64,000 bases of DNA, taken from assembly GCA_963825055.1 (NCBI GenBank), contig CAWGSK010000003.1, positions 39,060 through 103,059 of the forward strand, in the 5' to 3' direction. Positions within the stretch are counted from its first letter, which is position 1. Each line of letters opens with the position of its first letter. Below, piece by piece: positions 38,427-48,041 of this stretch. The position numbers were made by a program, and so were the translations under genes. The notes beneath the pieces were generated by a model. That model worked only from the letters and a program-made list of their open reading frames with translations. It had not been told where the DNA came from and made no database searches. This DNA is from an uncultured Gemmatimonadales bacterium. Its GTDB lineage: Bacteria; Gemmatimonadota; Gemmatimonadetes; Gemmatimonadales; GWC2-71-9.

Positions 38427-38949
38427 CGGCTGTCCTCCGGCTCACGACCTCGGTACCCGCCACCAGGTCCGGGATGCTGCGCTGCCCGCGGGAGATCGCG
38501 GCCGCGACGAAGTACAGGACCAGCAGGACGCTGGCCAGCGTCATCGTGAGGGAGGGAGGACCCAGACGCTGGGTGGACGTGGGCGGAATGCTCAAGGCCG
38601 AGAAGTGAACCAGTTCCCACGGCAGCAGCTTGACCAGGTTTCGCGCGATCAGGCGGGCCGTGCTGAGGGGCTGCGCATCCACCCGGCGCACCCGCAGGCG
38701 GAACAGGCGTTTGCCGGGCGTGGCGTGCCCGGGCAGAATATCGCTCGCCAGGAAGTAGGCCCAGATCGGTACCGAGAAGTTCCAGAGCAGCACATTCCAG
38801 ATCTCCGCCCCGGTCACGGGCTGGTAGTCCTGCCACCGCTGGATCAGGATGTCGACCGGAATCAGGACACCGAGGAGGAGCACCACGTCCACGAGGAGAG
38901 CCGCGAGGCGCTGGAAGAAGAGACGCCGGCCGGGTTCGGTGTCGGTCAT
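38416..38949 (-). CDS. RDD-family membrane protein
   Basis: RLAALLVD, TPGKRLFRLRV, RN--K, DLVAGT. Confidence 0.85.
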   Translation of the reverse strand: MTDTEPGRRLFFQRLAALLVDVVLLLGVLIPVDILIQRWQDYQPVTGAEIWNVLLWNFSVPIWAYFLASDILPGHATPGKRLFRLRVRRVDAQPLSTARLIARNLVKLLPWELVHFSALSIPPTSTQRLGPPSLTMTLASVLLVLYFVAAAISRGQRSIPDLVAGTEVVSRRTADAN

Positions 38950-39033
38950 GAAGTCATCAGGTGAGGGGAGGCCCGGGATGGGCCGGTGACGGGACTCACA
39001 CCGAAATCACGTCGCGACCTCTAGCATATACGC

Positions 39034-39489
39034 ATGATTCGGTATTTCGGAAGCCTTGCCCTGCTCGCCGCGCTCCTGGCATGCGGCAGCACGACCGGAC
39101 CCACCTCCCTCGCCAGCCTGGAGCGCGCGAAGGCGAGGTGGAACGCCCGGGGATTCATGGACTACACCTTCGAGACCAGACGGGACTGCTTCTGCGCCCC
39201 GGAGACCACCGGGCCAGTCCGCATCGCGGTTCACGGCGACAGCATCACCTCGGTGACGGACCTTGCCACCGACTCGATCGTTCCGCCCCCCTGGAGGGAC
39301 AGCTGGTACACGGTCGACGACCTCTTCACGGTGATCGACTCCGCCGCCCGCCGCGCCGCAACCGCCAGCGTGGACGTCGAGTACGACCCCGACCTGGGCT
39401 ATCCACTCACGCTGGAAGTCAACCCGCGGCCCGACCTGGCCGACGCTGGCGTCCGCTACACCATCTCGCTGCTGGTCCCCGCGCCCTGA
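39034..39489 (+). CDS. Lipoprotein (DUF6174-like)
   Basis: Lipobox LLAC; ARW...DY, CFC, TVDDLF, YDPDLGYP. Confidence 0.78.
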   Translation: MIRYFGSLALLAALLACGSTTGPTSLASLERAKARWNARGFMDYTFETRRDCFCAPETTGPVRIAVHGDSITSVTDLATDSIVPPPWRDSWYTVDDLFTVIDSAARRAATASVDVEYDPDLGYPLTLEVNPRPDLADAGVRYTISLLVPAP

Positions 39490-39560
39490 GTTCGCATGAC
39501 GTGACATTATGTTCCCGGGCGGAGCACACGACCTCAGACTCGACCGGGAACGGCCCGCGC

Positions 39561-40331
39561 GTGAACCCCATCCGCTTCGCCCTGCTCTTCGCCCTCCTCG
39601 CCGGCGCCACCACTCGCGCCGGCGCCCAGGTCAACACCGAGCGCCTGCGGCTCGACAACGACACCGCCGGCCTTTCCGGCGATGCGCGGGGAGACCTTAC
39701 GGTCCGGACCGGCAGTGTCTCCCTCGTGCTGGTTGGCCTCGGCGGGCGGATGGACCTGGCCACCCCCCGCACGCTCACGTTTGTGGTCGGCAGCGGCAAC
39801 GTCGGGTGGCAGGACGGGCAGCGGTTCTCCAACGAAGGGCTCGTCCACCTGCGCCACAGCCGGGTACTGGCGCCGTGGCTCCGGGCCGAGGCGTTCACCC
39901 AGGTGGACTACAACAAGTCGCGGAAGCTCGATTTCCGCGGCCTCGCGGGGTTCGGCCCCCGGTTCGAACTGGTCCGCGATTCGACATTCCGCCTGGCGGT
40001 CGGCACCGCCTGGATGCTGGAGCACGAGCGCTACGACCTGCCGGATTCCGCCGTCCATCCCCGCGAGGTGACCAGCCACCGCTGGAGCAACTACGTCTCG
40101 GCGCGGCTGGATCCGCTGGACCGCCTGGGCATCGTGCTCACCGCCTACGCCCAGCCGCGGTTCGACGACTTCGGCGACATCCGCGTCCTGACCGACGCAC
40201 GCCTCGCGCTGACACTGGCCGGCCCGGTCGCGCTCACCAACAGTTTCAACGCGCGCTATGACAGCCGTCCGCCCGATGGCGTGACCGATCTGGACACGAC
40301 GCTTCGGACCGGCATTTCGGTCGAGTGGTGA
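39561..40331 (+). CDS. DUF481-like outer-membrane beta-barrel protein
   Basis: Signal ending AGA-QVNTE; alternating beta strands; C-terminal aromatic (ISVEW). Confidence 0.78.
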   Translation: MNPIRFALLFALLAGATTRAGAQVNTERLRLDNDTAGLSGDARGDLTVRTGSVSLVLVGLGGRMDLATPRTLTFVVGSGNVGWQDGQRFSNEGLVHLRHSRVLAPWLRAEAFTQVDYNKSRKLDFRGLAGFGPRFELVRDSTFRLAVGTAWMLEHERYDLPDSAVHPREVTSHRWSNYVSARLDPLDRLGIVLTAYAQPRFDDFGDIRVLTDARLALTLAGPVALTNSFNARYDSRPPDGVTDLDTTLRTGISVEW

Positions 40332-40333
40332 CC

Positions 40334-41036
<703 letters not shown>

Positions 41037-41043
41037 CGGTCAA

Positions 41044-42033
41044 ATGGCCGAATCCTTCCGCGATCTCCTTCTGGGCGCCTTCTCCGGCCGGCCTGAGCTG
41101 TACGAGGCGGTTACCCCCGAGCGGACGTTTGACGATGTCGTATTGCCGCCTGATACGCGTCGGGCGCTGGACCAGGCGCTCGCCCTGATCCGGCATCGGC
41201 GGCTGATCCTGGAGGAATGGGGCCTGGGAGAGCGGCACGCGACGGGACTCGGCCTCGCGTTCAACTTCGCAGGCCCCCCGGGAACGGGAAAGACCCTCTG
41301 CGCCGAGGCCGTCGCCCATGCCCTGGACCGGCCACTCCTCGCCGTCCGGTACAGCGAGATGGAGTCGCGCTGGGCGGGCGAGACGGTGAAGCACGTGGCG
41401 AGCGTCTTTGCGTCGGCCGCGCGGCAGCAGGCGGTGCTTTTCTTCGATGAAGCCGACGCGATCGCATCGCGCCGGTTTGCCTCCGTCACCCACGCGTACG
41501 AGCGCGAGGCGAACATCGTGGTCAACGTGCTGCTCCGGGAACTGGAAGCCTTCGACGGCGTGACCATCTTCGCCACCAATCTCGCGGCCAACATGGACCC
41601 GGCCTTCGAACGGCGAATCCAGACGCACATCCTCTTCACGATGCCCGACGCCCGCGAGCGGGAGGCCATCTGGCGCCTCCAGGTCCATCCCGACCGAACG
41701 CCACTCGCGCCAGACGTGGACTTTGCAGCGCTTGCCGAAACCTATCCGGCAAGCGGCGGCCAGATCCGGAACGCCGTCTTCAAGGCGGCCCAGATCGCTG
41801 CCGCCGCCCCGGGCCCCGATCGCGACAAGCGCATCACCCAGGCGAACTTCAGGGCGGCGATGGAGGACGTCCTCGCCGCCGAGCGCGTCATGCGACAGTC
41901 GCTCTATGCGCCGGAGGCCCTGCCCCCTGGTGCGGGCGCCCTGCTCAGGAATCCTCCCACGGTTCCCCTTCTGTTCGCCGGCCTGGCCCTGATGGTGGCG
42001 CTCCTGGCACTGGTGCTCTCGATCGTGATCTGA
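41044..42033 (+). CDS. AAA+ ATPase with C-terminal TM anchor
   Basis: [28 protein letters not shown]; hydrophobic tail. Confidence 0.88.
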   Translation: MAESFRDLLLGAFSGRPELYEAVTPERTFDDVVLPPDTRRALDQALALIRHRRLILEEWGLGERHATGLGLAFNFAGPPGTGKTLCAEAVAHALDRPLLAVRYSEMESRWAGETVKHVASVFASAARQQAVLFFDEADAIASRRFASVTHAYEREANIVVNVLLRELEAFDGVTIFATNLAANMDPAFERRIQTHILFTMPDAREREAIWRLQVHPDRTPLAPDVDFAALAETYPASGGQIRNAVFKAAQIAAAAPGPDRDKRITQANFRAAMEDVLAAERVMRQSLYAPEALPPGAGALLRNPPTVPLLFAGLALMVALLALVLSIVI

Positions 42034-42103
42034 ACCGGGTGATCGGGACGGTGGGCCACCCTGTCCGTCCCGTCCGCCCTGTCCGCCCTGATTACATTGG
42101 GAA

Positions 42104-43168
42104 ATGGCTCGTTTCCTCAAGAAGCGCGACCGCGGCATCGGGCGTTCGCCCGCCTCGCTGGTATTCATCGGCGAGGAGAAAATGGCGCAGGCCCGCATTC
42201 GGGTCATCGACTACACCCCGGATGGGCTCGAGGAGCGGGAACTCGATTCGCTCGAAGGCGCCACGCGCTATCGCGGCACCGAGACGATCACCTGGATCAA
42301 CGTTGACGGACTGCAGGACCTGGACCTGATGGGCCGGATCCAGACGACCTTCGGGCTCCATCCGCTCATGGTGGAGGACATCCTCAACACCGGACAGCGC
42401 CCGAAGCTGGACGACTTCGACGACTACCTCTTCGTCGCCCTCAAGATGCTGCGGTACGAGCCTGCCGAAGAGCGTGTCATCGGCGAGCAGCTCAGCCTGG
42501 TCATGGGGCGTGGGCTGGTGCTGACGTTCCAGGAGCGCACCGGTGATGTCTTCGATCCGGTCCGGGAACGCATTCGCAACGGCAAGGGGCGGATCCGGGG
42601 CGCGCAGGCCGATTACCTGGCCTACGCCCTGCTGGACACGGTCGTCGAGAACTACCTGCGCACCATCGAGTTGCTCGGCGAGCGGATCGAGGATGTCGAA
42701 GATGAGGTGCTCGACGACCCCGAGCCCTGGATCATCGAGCGCATCGGGGACTTCAAGCGGGAGACCAACTACTTCCGCAAGGTGGTGCGTCCCGCGCGGG
42801 AAGCCATCATCATGCTCGCCAAGCTCGACTCCGACCTGATCGACGACGCCACGGTCCCATTCCTCAAGGACCTCCAGGATCTCGCGGCCCAGGCCTCGGA
42901 GGCGGTGGACACCTACCGGGAAATGCTCTCGGACCAGATGACCCTGTACCACAGCGCCGTCAGCAACCGCATGAACGAGGTCATGAAAGTGCTGACGATC
43001 TTCGCGGCCATTTTCATTCCGCTGACGTTCATCGCGGGCATCTACGGTACCAACTTCGATTACTTCCCCGAGCTGCACTTCCGCTACAGCTACCTGATCT
43101 TCTGGCTCGTGCTCCTCGTCGTGGCCGGCGTCATGCTGCGCTACTTCCGGCGGAAGGGCTGGCTTTAG
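42104..43168 (+). CDS. corA: Magnesium/cobalt transporter CorA
   Basis: LHPL--EDI, QRPK, MNEVMKVLT, PLTFIAGIYGTNF (GxN motif), PEL. Confidence 0.95.
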   Translation: MARFLKKRDRGIGRSPASLVFIGEEKMAQARIRVIDYTPDGLEERELDSLEGATRYRGTETITWINVDGLQDLDLMGRIQTTFGLHPLMVEDILNTGQRPKLDDFDDYLFVALKMLRYEPAEERVIGEQLSLVMGRGLVLTFQERTGDVFDPVRERIRNGKGRIRGAQADYLAYALLDTVVENYLRTIELLGERIEDVEDEVLDDPEPWIIERIGDFKRETNYFRKVVRPAREAIIMLAKLDSDLIDDATVPFLKDLQDLAAQASEAVDTYREMLSDQMTLYHSAVSNRMNEVMKVLTIFAAIFIPLTFIAGIYGTNFDYFPELHFRYSYLIFWLVLLVVAGVMLRYFRRKGWL

Positions 43169-43169
43169 C

Positions 43170-44057
43170 ATGCCCCGCGCCACTCTCGTGCTGCTGGCGT
43201 TGACTGCCGTAGTCGGTTGCACCGATCCTGCAGCCCCGGAAAACCATTTCACCGGCAGCGGGGTCGAAGACCAGGTCGAGGCCCTGGCGGCGGTCCTGTC
43301 CACTTCGCCATGGCGGAGCTATGCTGTCGAGACGGGACTGGCGACGGCGGGGCCGCTCTCCCGGCTCGTGCCGGAACACGGGGACGCGGGGCGCATCTGG
43401 TCCTGGGACCCGGCGCGGGAGGGCTTCATGCCGTCGGCACTGCCAGGGACACCGGGAGGCGTAGCACGGTTCGTTCTCTATCCGCGAGACAGCACCGGCG
43501 CCGGAGCCGACCATGCCGCCAATCCGGTGGGATTCGCCGATCTCCGGCCGCTTGGCGGCGGCAACGCCTTCGGCGTCCGTGTGGGCGCCGGCCCGACCCG
43601 GTATGCCGACTACGTCATCGCCGGGGAGGATCTCCGGCGGACCGGCACCGCCTCCGGTGTGCTGGCGGACCCGGCGACGCTGGCGGGCTTCTCCCTCCGA
43701 TATGACGACAGCCAGGCGAGCGTGACGTTGACTGTTCCCGGGCTGGAACTCGCCGTGAGACTGGGCACGCGCGTCACGGCCACGGGCAACCATATTGATA
43801 TCCTGGCACAGACACCCGGCGGGTCGATGCGCGGTACGGGTCGTGCGAAGGCCGGCGTGCTCTCGCTCGCCGTGAGCCGTGAGGGCCGGCGGCTGGGGTA
43901 TGTCGAACTCCGCGGTGACTCGGTTTCCGTCCGTCCCGCTGAGGAGCGGTTCGCCGCTGGTGACCGTCAGGCAGCCATCGCCCTGGCCCGGCTGGCGCGG
44001 TTCGCCGCGACGCTCCCGCAGGACGTCAGCGCCCCCCTCACCCCGTTCCAGCGCTGA
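43170..44057 (+). CDS. Hypothetical lipoprotein
   Basis: Lipobox VVGC; beta-rich. Confidence 0.72.
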   Translation: MPRATLVLLALTAVVGCTDPAAPENHFTGSGVEDQVEALAAVLSTSPWRSYAVETGLATAGPLSRLVPEHGDAGRIWSWDPAREGFMPSALPGTPGGVARFVLYPRDSTGAGADHAANPVGFADLRPLGGGNAFGVRVGAGPTRYADYVIAGEDLRRTGTASGVLADPATLAGFSLRYDDSQASVTLTVPGLELAVRLGTRVTATGNHIDILAQTPGGSMRGTGRAKAGVLSLAVSREGRRLGYVELRGDSVSVRPAEERFAAGDRQAAIALARLARFAATLPQDVSAPLTPFQR

Positions 44058-44088
44058 CCTGACCGACCTTCTCATCAGGAGAACGTCC

Positions 44089-45378
44089 ATGCTCGCGTGC
44101 CGGCAGCTGTTTCCAGTGCTTGCGCTCACCGTGTTCGTCCAGGGTGCCGGCGCCCAGGAGCCCGCCTGCTGCCTCGATCAGGGGCTGCGCATCGCCCGGG
44201 ACTATCGTGCACCCGGCCTTGAGAGCCGTCGCTTCACCCAGGAGACCCTCTGGCAGGCGCTGGGCCCCGCGTTGACCTCTCCCGTGCTCCGGGTCGCGGA
44301 GATCGGCAAGTCGGTTCAGGGGCGGCCGCTGCGGGCAATCACGTTCGGCCAGGGGCGAACCCGCGTCCTGCTCTGGTCCCAGATGCATGGTGACGAGTCC
44401 ACCGCCACGATGGCCCTGGCCGACATCATCCGCTGGCTGGCGGTCCCCGATCGCGATTCACTCCGGACCCTGCTCGAACGCACGTTCACGATCACGATGG
44501 TGCCGATGCTGAACCCGGACGGCGCGGAGCGTTTCCAGCGCACCAACGCGCTCGGCGTTGACATCAATCGCGACGCCGGGGCCCTGGCCACGCCCGAAGG
44601 CCGGGCCCTCAAGGCCCTGCGTGACGGCCTCAAGGCGGAAATCGGATTCAACCTGCACGACCAGGGCGCGCTCAACCGCGCGGGAGAGGACGGGAAGCAA
44701 GTCGCGATCTCGCTCCTGGCACCCGCCTTCAGCAGCGCCGGCAGCTACAACGCCACCCGGGAGCGGGCCCGCACCATGGCCGCCGCCATCGCGCGTGCCC
44801 TGCATCCCGTGCTGGACAACCGTCTGGCCCGGTATGACGACACCTTCAACCCCCGCGCCTTCGGCGACCTGATGCAGCGGTGGGGAACCAGCACCGTTCT
44901 CATCGAGAGCGGCGCCCTCCCCGGCGATCCAGAGAAGCAGCAGCTTCGGGCGCTCAACGTCGCTGCCATCCTCACCGCGCTGTATCAGCTCACCCCGATG
45001 GCGGAGGCACCCTCCCCGGGGAGCTACGAGCGGCTGCCATTCAATACCGACATCGATTTCGACCTTCTCCTTCGCGGCGGCACCGTGGTGACCCCGGCCG
45101 GAGCCTTTCGCCTCGACCTGGGCCTGCAGTATGACGACCCGCTCCGGAAGCGGGGACTCCGCCTGGCGGAAGTCGGCGACCTGGGCACCGCAACGGCCCT
45201 GGACACGCTCGACACGAGCGGCAGGTTCATTCACCCCGCAGCCTCCATGTACGCCACGGCAGGCGATCGGCAGTGGCTGGTCCGGAGGGGGCCGGCTGCG
45301 CTCACCATCCGCCGGGGCCGGGAGGCCGACAGCCAACTGGTCGGGACGCTGCCCGCACCTCGCGACAGCACTCCCTGA
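44089..45378 (+). CDS. M14-family zinc carboxypeptidase, secreted
   Basis: GKSVQGR, MHGDE, PMLNPDG, DINRD, NLHDQ, ESG. Confidence 0.88.
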   Translation: MLACRQLFPVLALTVFVQGAGAQEPACCLDQGLRIARDYRAPGLESRRFTQETLWQALGPALTSPVLRVAEIGKSVQGRPLRAITFGQGRTRVLLWSQMHGDESTATMALADIIRWLAVPDRDSLRTLLERTFTITMVPMLNPDGAERFQRTNALGVDINRDAGALATPEGRALKALRDGLKAEIGFNLHDQGALNRAGEDGKQVAISLLAPAFSSAGSYNATRERARTMAAAIARALHPVLDNRLARYDDTFNPRAFGDLMQRWGTSTVLIESGALPGDPEKQQLRALNVAAILTALYQLTPMAEAPSPGSYERLPFNTDIDFDLLLRGGTVVTPAGAFRLDLGLQYDDPLRKRGLRLAEVGDLGTATALDTLDTSGRFIHPAASMYATAGDRQWLVRRGPAALTIRRGREADSQLVGTLPAPRDSTP

Positions 45379-45446
45379 CAGTGAAGAGGGCGACGACATG
45401 ACCTCCCCGATCGACACGGGCCTTCTCCCCTGGAAGGATTGAACAC

Positions 45447-46424
45447 ATGGGTAAGCTTATCATCGGGTTGCTGGTTGCCATTCTGGTCATCGTCCTGGTC
45501 ATCATCGGTGGCTCCGCAGTCTTCGCACTGACCTACAAGCCCGCCAGCCGACCGGCCGACCCGGATCCGATAGAACGCACTCCCGCGCGCCTCTCGCGGG
45601 GAGAGTACCTGGTGAACCACGTGACTCCGTGCGCCTTTTGCCATACGGAAGGCTATGGGACAGGCAGCCCCGGCGCGTATCTCGCCGGCGGCGCGTGCGT
45701 GGATAACAGTGATGGCTTCCCGGGCACGCTCTGTCCTGCCAATCTCACGCCGGACAGCGCAACCGGCCTCGGCAGCTGGACGGACGGCGAGATCAGCCGG
45801 GCGATCCGCGAAGGCGTGAACAACCAGGGGAAAGCGCTTTTCCCCATGATGCCCTACGCCCAGTTCCGGGTCATGTCGGACAGTGATGTGGCGGCCATCG
45901 TCGCCTGGCTCCGGACCATTCCCGCGGTGCACCGGCCGCGCCAGCCGACCGACATCGACTTCCCGGTCAGCTTCTTCATCAAGATGGCGCCGAAGCCGCT
46001 CAACGGACCGGTGCCTGCCATCGACCCGACAGACGAGGTTGTCTACGGCCGGTACCTCACAACCATTGCGGGCTGCAAGTTCTGCCATACGCCAGTTGAC
46101 GAGCGCGTGGAGTTGCAGCAGGACAGCCTCTTTGCCGGGGGGCATGCCATCAGGAGCCCGGGTGGTCTCATGCTCCGGTCGCGTAATCTCACTCCGGATG
46201 CAACCGGGCTCGGCGCCACAACGGAAGAGGGGTTTCTGACGCTGTTTCGGGTCTGGCGTGGCCGGGACAGTTCCGCTGCTCCACTCAAGGATTCACCCAT
46301 GCCCTGGGCAGCTTTCTCGGGGATGACCGATGCCGACCTCTCTGCCATCTACGCTTACCTGCGCACCGTGCCTCCGGTGCGTCACGTTGTGGACGCCACG
46401 CCCGTCCGTGCGGCGACTCCTTGA
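45447..46424 (+). CDS. Membrane-anchored di-haem cytochrome c
   Basis: CAFCH and CKFCH; NLTPD--TGLG twice; PMMPY/MPW axial Met. Confidence 0.9.
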   Translation: MGKLIIGLLVAILVIVLVIIGGSAVFALTYKPASRPADPDPIERTPARLSRGEYLVNHVTPCAFCHTEGYGTGSPGAYLAGGACVDNSDGFPGTLCPANLTPDSATGLGSWTDGEISRAIREGVNNQGKALFPMMPYAQFRVMSDSDVAAIVAWLRTIPAVHRPRQPTDIDFPVSFFIKMAPKPLNGPVPAIDPTDEVVYGRYLTTIAGCKFCHTPVDERVELQQDSLFAGGHAIRSPGGLMLRSRNLTPDATGLGATTEEGFLTLFRVWRGRDSSAAPLKDSPMPWAAFSGMTDADLSAIYAYLRTVPPVRHVVDATPVRAATP

Positions 46425-47026
46425 GTCACCTTACCCACGTCCTCTTCGACGTCGGCGGCGTCCTCGGCACCAACGGCTGGGACCACCACGCACGCACCCG
46501 CGCGGCAGAGCACTTCGGGCTCGACCCGGAGTTCGATGCGCGCCATCGCTACGTGGTAGGAGAATGGGAATGCGGCCGCATGACCCTCGAGACCTACCTG
46601 GATCGGGTGGTTTTCGACCGGCCCAGGGACTTCTCCCGGCAGGAGTTCCGCAGTTTCATGCTGGAACAGAGCCGGCCACACGAGGAAACCATCACCCTGG
46701 CGCGCGCGGCGCACGCCGCCGGCAGGACCACGATGGCGACCGTGAACAACGAATCGGCGGAACTGAACGCCCACCGTATCCGGCACTTCGGCCTGCGCGG
46801 AGTGTTCGCCGCTTTCCTCTCCAGTTGCTGGCTCGGACTCCGCAAGCCGGATCCCCGCCTGTACGAACGTGCCCTTGCCCTGCTCCAGGCCGCCCCGGCC
46901 GGCGTGCTGTTCATCGACGACCGCGAGGCCAACCTCGGACCAGCGCGCGCGCTCGGCATGCGCGTGCACCACCACACGACGGCAGCGGCGCTCGCGACGG
47001 CGCTGCGCGCCCACCACGTACTCTGA
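46421..47026 (+). CDS. HAD-family phosphatase
   Basis: LFDVGGV, RKPDP, FIDDR--N. Confidence 0.88.
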   Translation: MSHLTHVLFDVGGVLGTNGWDHHARTRAAEHFGLDPEFDARHRYVVGEWECGRMTLETYLDRVVFDRPRDFSRQEFRSFMLEQSRPHEETITLARAAHAAGRTTMATVNNESAELNAHRIRHFGLRGVFAAFLSSCWLGLRKPDPRLYERALALLQAAPAGVLFIDDREANLGPARALGMRVHHHTTAAALATALRAHHVL

Positions 47027-47039
47027 GGTCTGCCTCCGC

Positions 47040-47180
47040 ATGCATGAAAATCCCAAACGCCCGTTCCGCAGCCCGGCGAGCCGGTTCATGGCCCTGCTGC
47101 GGTCCCCCCTCGGCCTGCTCCTCGGCACGGTCCTGATCGTGGCGTTCCTCCTCTGGTTCCTGAGCGGCTACATGCTGTGA
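47040..47180 (+). CDS. Small single-TM protein (46 aa)
   Basis: MHENPKRPFRSPASRFMALLRSPLGLLLGTVLIVAFLLWFLSGYML. Confidence 0.55.
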   Translation: MHENPKRPFRSPASRFMALLRSPLGLLLGTVLIVAFLLWFLSGYML

Positions 47181-47184
47181 AATC

Positions 47185-47466
47185 AGTGATTAGTGATTAG
47201 TGATTAGTGACTCGTGTGGTGAGTTTCGCAGCCAGGGGGGACCCGTTGCATAAGGCGCTGGGCTGGACCGGGGCTACACTGGGTGGTGCGGTCGGCTGGT
47301 GGATAGGATCGCCCGGCGGGATCATGGCGGCCTTCATCGTCAGTGTGATCGGCACCGCCGCCGGCCTCATGGCCGGCCGGAAGGTGGCGGAACACCTGGG
47401 CGGATGAGGAAAACCCTGACCAGTCAGTGATTCACTACTCACTACTCACTACTCACTACTCACTAA
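47185..47466. repeat. Inverted heptamer arms flanking a small gene
   Basis: (AGTGATT)x3+AGTGA at 47185-47210 and (TCACTAC)x4+TCACTA at 47432-47465. Confidence 0.85.
47246..47407 (+). CDS. Small Gly-rich two-TM protein (53 aa)
   Basis: TTG start after AGGGGGG; KALGWTGATLGGAVGWWIG...AFIVSVIGTAAGLMAGRK. Confidence 0.7.
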   Translation: MHKALGWTGATLGGAVGWWIGSPGGIMAAFIVSVIGTAAGLMAGRKVAEHLGG

Positions 47467-47468
47467 CA

Positions 47469-48002
47469 ATGTCCCTCTCCTCCTCTTTCCTCGACCACTC
47501 CCGGCACTTCCTGGTGCGGGAATATCCCGCCAAGATCCGGCTGGCCATCGCGCCACTCACCACTCCCCAGCTCTGGTGGCGGCCCAACGAGGCGTCCAAC
47601 AGCATCGGCAACCTCATGCTGCACCTCGCGGGTAACGTCCGCCAGTGGATCGTGGCGGGCCTGGACGGCGCGCCTGACACCCGGCAGCGCCAGGCGGAAT
47701 TCGACCAGCGCGATGGAATGGATGCGGCAGAGCTGCTGGAGCGCCTCGACGGGGCCGTGACGGATGCCGACAGGGTGCTGGAACGCATGGACGATGGTGC
47801 GCTGGCTCGCTCGTACCTGATCCAGGGTCGTGACGTCTCGGGAATCTCCGCGGTGTATCATGTCGTGGAGCATTTCTCGATGCACACGGGCCAGATCGCG
47901 TGGCTGGCCAAACTCCTCAATGGGCGCGACCTCGGGTTCTACGAGGATGCCGGCGGTCTGGCGGTCCCGCGCTGGGAAGAGCGCGCGGACAATGGATCGT
48001 AG
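47469..48002 (+). CDS. DinB/DUF1572-like protein
   Basis: WWRPNEASNSIGNLMLHLAGN, RQAEF, HVVEHFSMHTGQI. Confidence 0.85.
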   Translation: MSLSSSFLDHSRHFLVREYPAKIRLAIAPLTTPQLWWRPNEASNSIGNLMLHLAGNVRQWIVAGLDGAPDTRQRQAEFDQRDGMDAAELLERLDGAVTDADRVLERMDDGALARSYLIQGRDVSGISAVYHVVEHFSMHTGQIAWLAKLLNGRDLGFYEDAGGLAVPRWEERADNGS

Positions 48003-48041
48003 CGACACGATTCTTCTCCCTGCACCGGAGCCTGCCGGACC

